DNA of 63,752 nucleotides, filler included, from Collodictyon triciliatum (taxonomy: Eukaryota): NCBI GenBank assembly GCA_043381765.1. It is 4 parts of 4 records of this genome, joined end to end, with 100 filler letters (N's around TTAATTAATTAA, not from the genome) between each part and the next. Parts side by side here need not be neighbours in the genome. Positions count along the whole stretch, not along the records: positions 35,695 to 61,631 come from JBHJMP010001423.1; positions 61,732 to 63,752 come from JBHJMP010001597.1; 2 more parts are not named here. One strand, 5' to 3'. The notes under the pieces were generated by a model. That model saw only the letters and a list, made by a program, of their open reading frames with translations. It had not been told where the DNA came from and ran no database searches. Below, piece by piece: positions 61,082 to 63,752 of this stretch (the first letter of the stretch is position 1; each line of letters opens with the position of its first letter). The position numbers and the translations under genes are program-made.

Positions 61082-61974
61082 GACTCGGGAAATCTATTGA
61101 TCGAGAGTTGTGAGCAGAAGTGTGTCGTGGCTTTATCACTGGTGCCTGCTCCGGGTATTTCATGACTTCGTCTTGAGTTGAAAGGTTGGCGAAAAAAAAT
61201 ATGTCGAAAAAAGTGGAGGAAAAAGATAAGTGAACTCGAAAGTAAAAAAAATGAAAAAAAATAAAAATGAAAAAAGGGTAAACTCATTCAACTGATACAC
61301 AGCAGCATGCAGCTCTTCTCGTCGCTAGTTTTTTTATTTTCTTTTTGCTTTTGATCCTATTTTCCATATGCATGGTGTCTTTAATAAGTCCATATCATTC
61401 GTTGTCTTTCTTTTTGTCCGTGTGCGAAGGAGATAAACCCTTTCGCGCTTTGATGGGGAAGAATATGCATCTTGATCGAAGTGATAGAGATTCTTGAGAG
61501 AATTTGGTAATGCCGCTCTGCTGTTTTTTGCGGGATATGGAATTGATCGATGTTGCAAACAAAAAAACAAAAACAAAAACAAAAACAAAAAAAAACAAAG
61601 AACAAAGAAAACAAAAAAACAAAAAAACAAANNNNNNNNNNNNNNNNNNNNNNNNNNNNNNNNNNNNNNNNNNNNTTAATTAATTAANNNNNNNNNNNNN
61701 NNNNNNNNNNNNNNNNNNNNNNNNNNNNNNNAGTTCTATCACCACCTTTGTAGTTGCGTGGTGGCACAGTTTTTTCAAACTCCCACAGGGCCTGCCTCTG
61801 CGTTTCATCCAGCACCGGCTTTGCTTTGTCGGCAGTGTTACCCATTCCAGTGTTTTCCGAAGGGGTGTGTCGGTTGTTTGTCTCTCTTCGCCTGTTATTC
61901 CTACTAATTCTCGGCCTGTTTATAGTCCCTTCTCTTTTCTTTTCTTTTTTTTCTCGGCTCTAATTCTACTTTTT

Positions 61975-62378
61975 TTAATTTCGTTTTTGTTTTTGTTTTT
62001 TGTTTTTGTTTTTGTTTTTTGTTTTAATTTTTTATTTTTGGTTTGTTTTGTTTTGTTTTCTTGTTTGTTTTGCTTTTTTTGCTTTTGTTTTGTTTTTGTT
62101 TTTTGTTTTGTTTTTTTTGTTGTTTTGTTTTTGTTATTTGGTTATTTTGTTTTTTGTTTTTGTTTTTTTTTGTTCGTTTTTTTTATTGTTTTGCCTTTTT
62201 TGTTTGCTTTGTTTTTGTTTTTTGTTTTTTGGCTTGTTTTGCTTTTTGTTTTTATTTGTTTTTTGTTTGTTTTGTTTGTTTTTTTTTTGTTTTTGTTTTT
62301 GTTTTTGTTTTTGTTTTTTTGTTTCGTTTTATTTTTGTTTTGTTTTTTGTTTCGTTTTTATTTTTATTTTTTGTTTTT
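61975..62378. repeat. Low-complexity T/G-rich tract
   Basis: Degenerate (TTTTTG)n. Confidence 0.9.
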
Positions 62379-63752
62379 GGGTTGAACTTATCGTATGTGG
62401 CTGTTATTGTTTTTGATACGGTGTACTCAGGTCACACTCCCACTCATCCGCTTGAAAAATACTCATCAATGCGGTCTCTGACTTTTAATCTATGTTTGTC
62501 AGGCTGCTAGAGGCGCTCAGCTTTTCAAAGGGTGATGTGCTCAGAAGAAAAGAGAGCAGCGCGCCCTCAAAAGGCACGCGAAGCCTCGTTTGATGATGAA
62601 GTCAGCGCAAGATGCATTGATCGAGTCTTTTTCGGACAGACGACTGCTTCCAAAAGGACAAAAGACTATGCATCATTTAAAGGTTGGTGCATTCTTATCT
62701 CATCATAACATCTCATTTGCCATCTCTCATTTGCCATTTTTTCATATCTTATCCTCATATCTCATTTGCCATTATCATATCACTGTACACATCTTATTCA
62801 CACTTGTTGCATTTTTTTTTTATGCACCATCAATACCCCGCAGTTACGCCTTCTTTGCACCTATATTGATATATCTTGGGCATTTGTTTCTTTTCTAGAC
62901 TAATTGATCACATGTAATATGCAGGTTTTAACAGAAAGTTTCCGAGCATTCTAAAAACAAAACATTCCCATCAACCCCCCGAAAATACCAGACGAAGGCC
63001 AAAAAGAAAAACACGGGTCACTATAACCACAAACAGCAAAGAACAGGAAATCCTAGATTCACTTCCGCGCGTTACGACATTCGCTATCGCTTAAACTTTC
63101 GTTGCCTGACCGAGCACGGACAGAAAGAACGATACATTCACGAAAGGCTGGATTGAGCCCTGAATCAATCACACAATTTCGACAAGCTTTCACTTATCCA
63201 GGACTTCGAACAAACAAGTCATCCAAAAGGCTGCGCAACTAAGGGAAGGTTATTTTTATTTTTATTTTTTTTTATTATTGATGTTATCATTAATTCTTTT
63301 CTCTTTCCCCTATATTTTTCTTTTCTTTTCTTTATTTTCGGCTCTGTTACAAACAACATATATGCACATCCAGAAAAAAAATCTATTCAAGAGCAATATT
63401 CAATTTATGTTATTTGTGCTTAACCATTAAAAAAAACGAAAATCACCCAAACCCTCAGCAAAGGTAAACTTCTATGCGCTTATGAAGAACACATCGTGAA
63501 TTGGTCAGAGACAACCAAGTAGTTTTGTTGCTGGTGATACTGGTGTGGTTAAGTCTTTCATTTTCCTTTTGGATGTATATTCTAATTTTATTTGAAAAAC
63601 CGGAGGAATAGGAGCAGTTGTTATTCATGTATATTTTTTACCAAGGTTTTTCTTTCATTACAAACTTGTTTTCCTAGAAATCCACACAAGTGCCCCAGAT
63701 CTTGATGAAAGCAGGATTTCGTCGGATGGCTTGTACGCAACCAAGAAGAATA

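Noticed and set aside
61732-63752. Exon-like segments at the window end
   Set aside because: No consistent spliced frame or recognisable domain could be built; probably part of an unidentified gene

Overview
AT-rich, extremely intron-dense eukaryotic (protist-like) genomic DNA. It has several N-gaps, three carrying an artificial TTAATTAATTAA linker. Walking the splice sites by hand gives about 12 protein-coding genes: TSNAXIP1-like (+), two-repeat Myb (-), (BTB?)-NHL beta-propeller (+), STAT-like SH2 protein (-), protein C10/C12orf57 (-), NIPBL/Scc2 cohesin loader (+, about 55 exons), NACHT-TPR protein (-), PP2C with a CaaX tail (+), cyclic-nucleotide-binding 6TM cation channel (-), ARM-GRAM-VASt sterol transfer protein (+), BASS4/SLC10A7-type symporter (-) and CBM20-fused trehalose-6-phosphate synthase/phosphatase (-). 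There are also two fragments of an L1/Tx1-like LINE family. The most striking unexplained signal is a dispersed family of ultra-short (about 20-30 nt plus A-tail) insertions, consensus CTTTGAATCGAATAAAGG(A)n. Five of them are flanked by 12-18 bp target-site duplications; they match the 3' terminus of the LINE and fold into a small stem-loop with compensatory variants. Also notable are a likely U12-type AT-AC intron in NIPBL with a variant CCTTTAC branch site, an identically spaced AT-AC signal nested in a STAT intron, GC-AG introns, and a STAT lacking the C-terminal regulatory tyrosine. All gene models are manual and were not validated by search.
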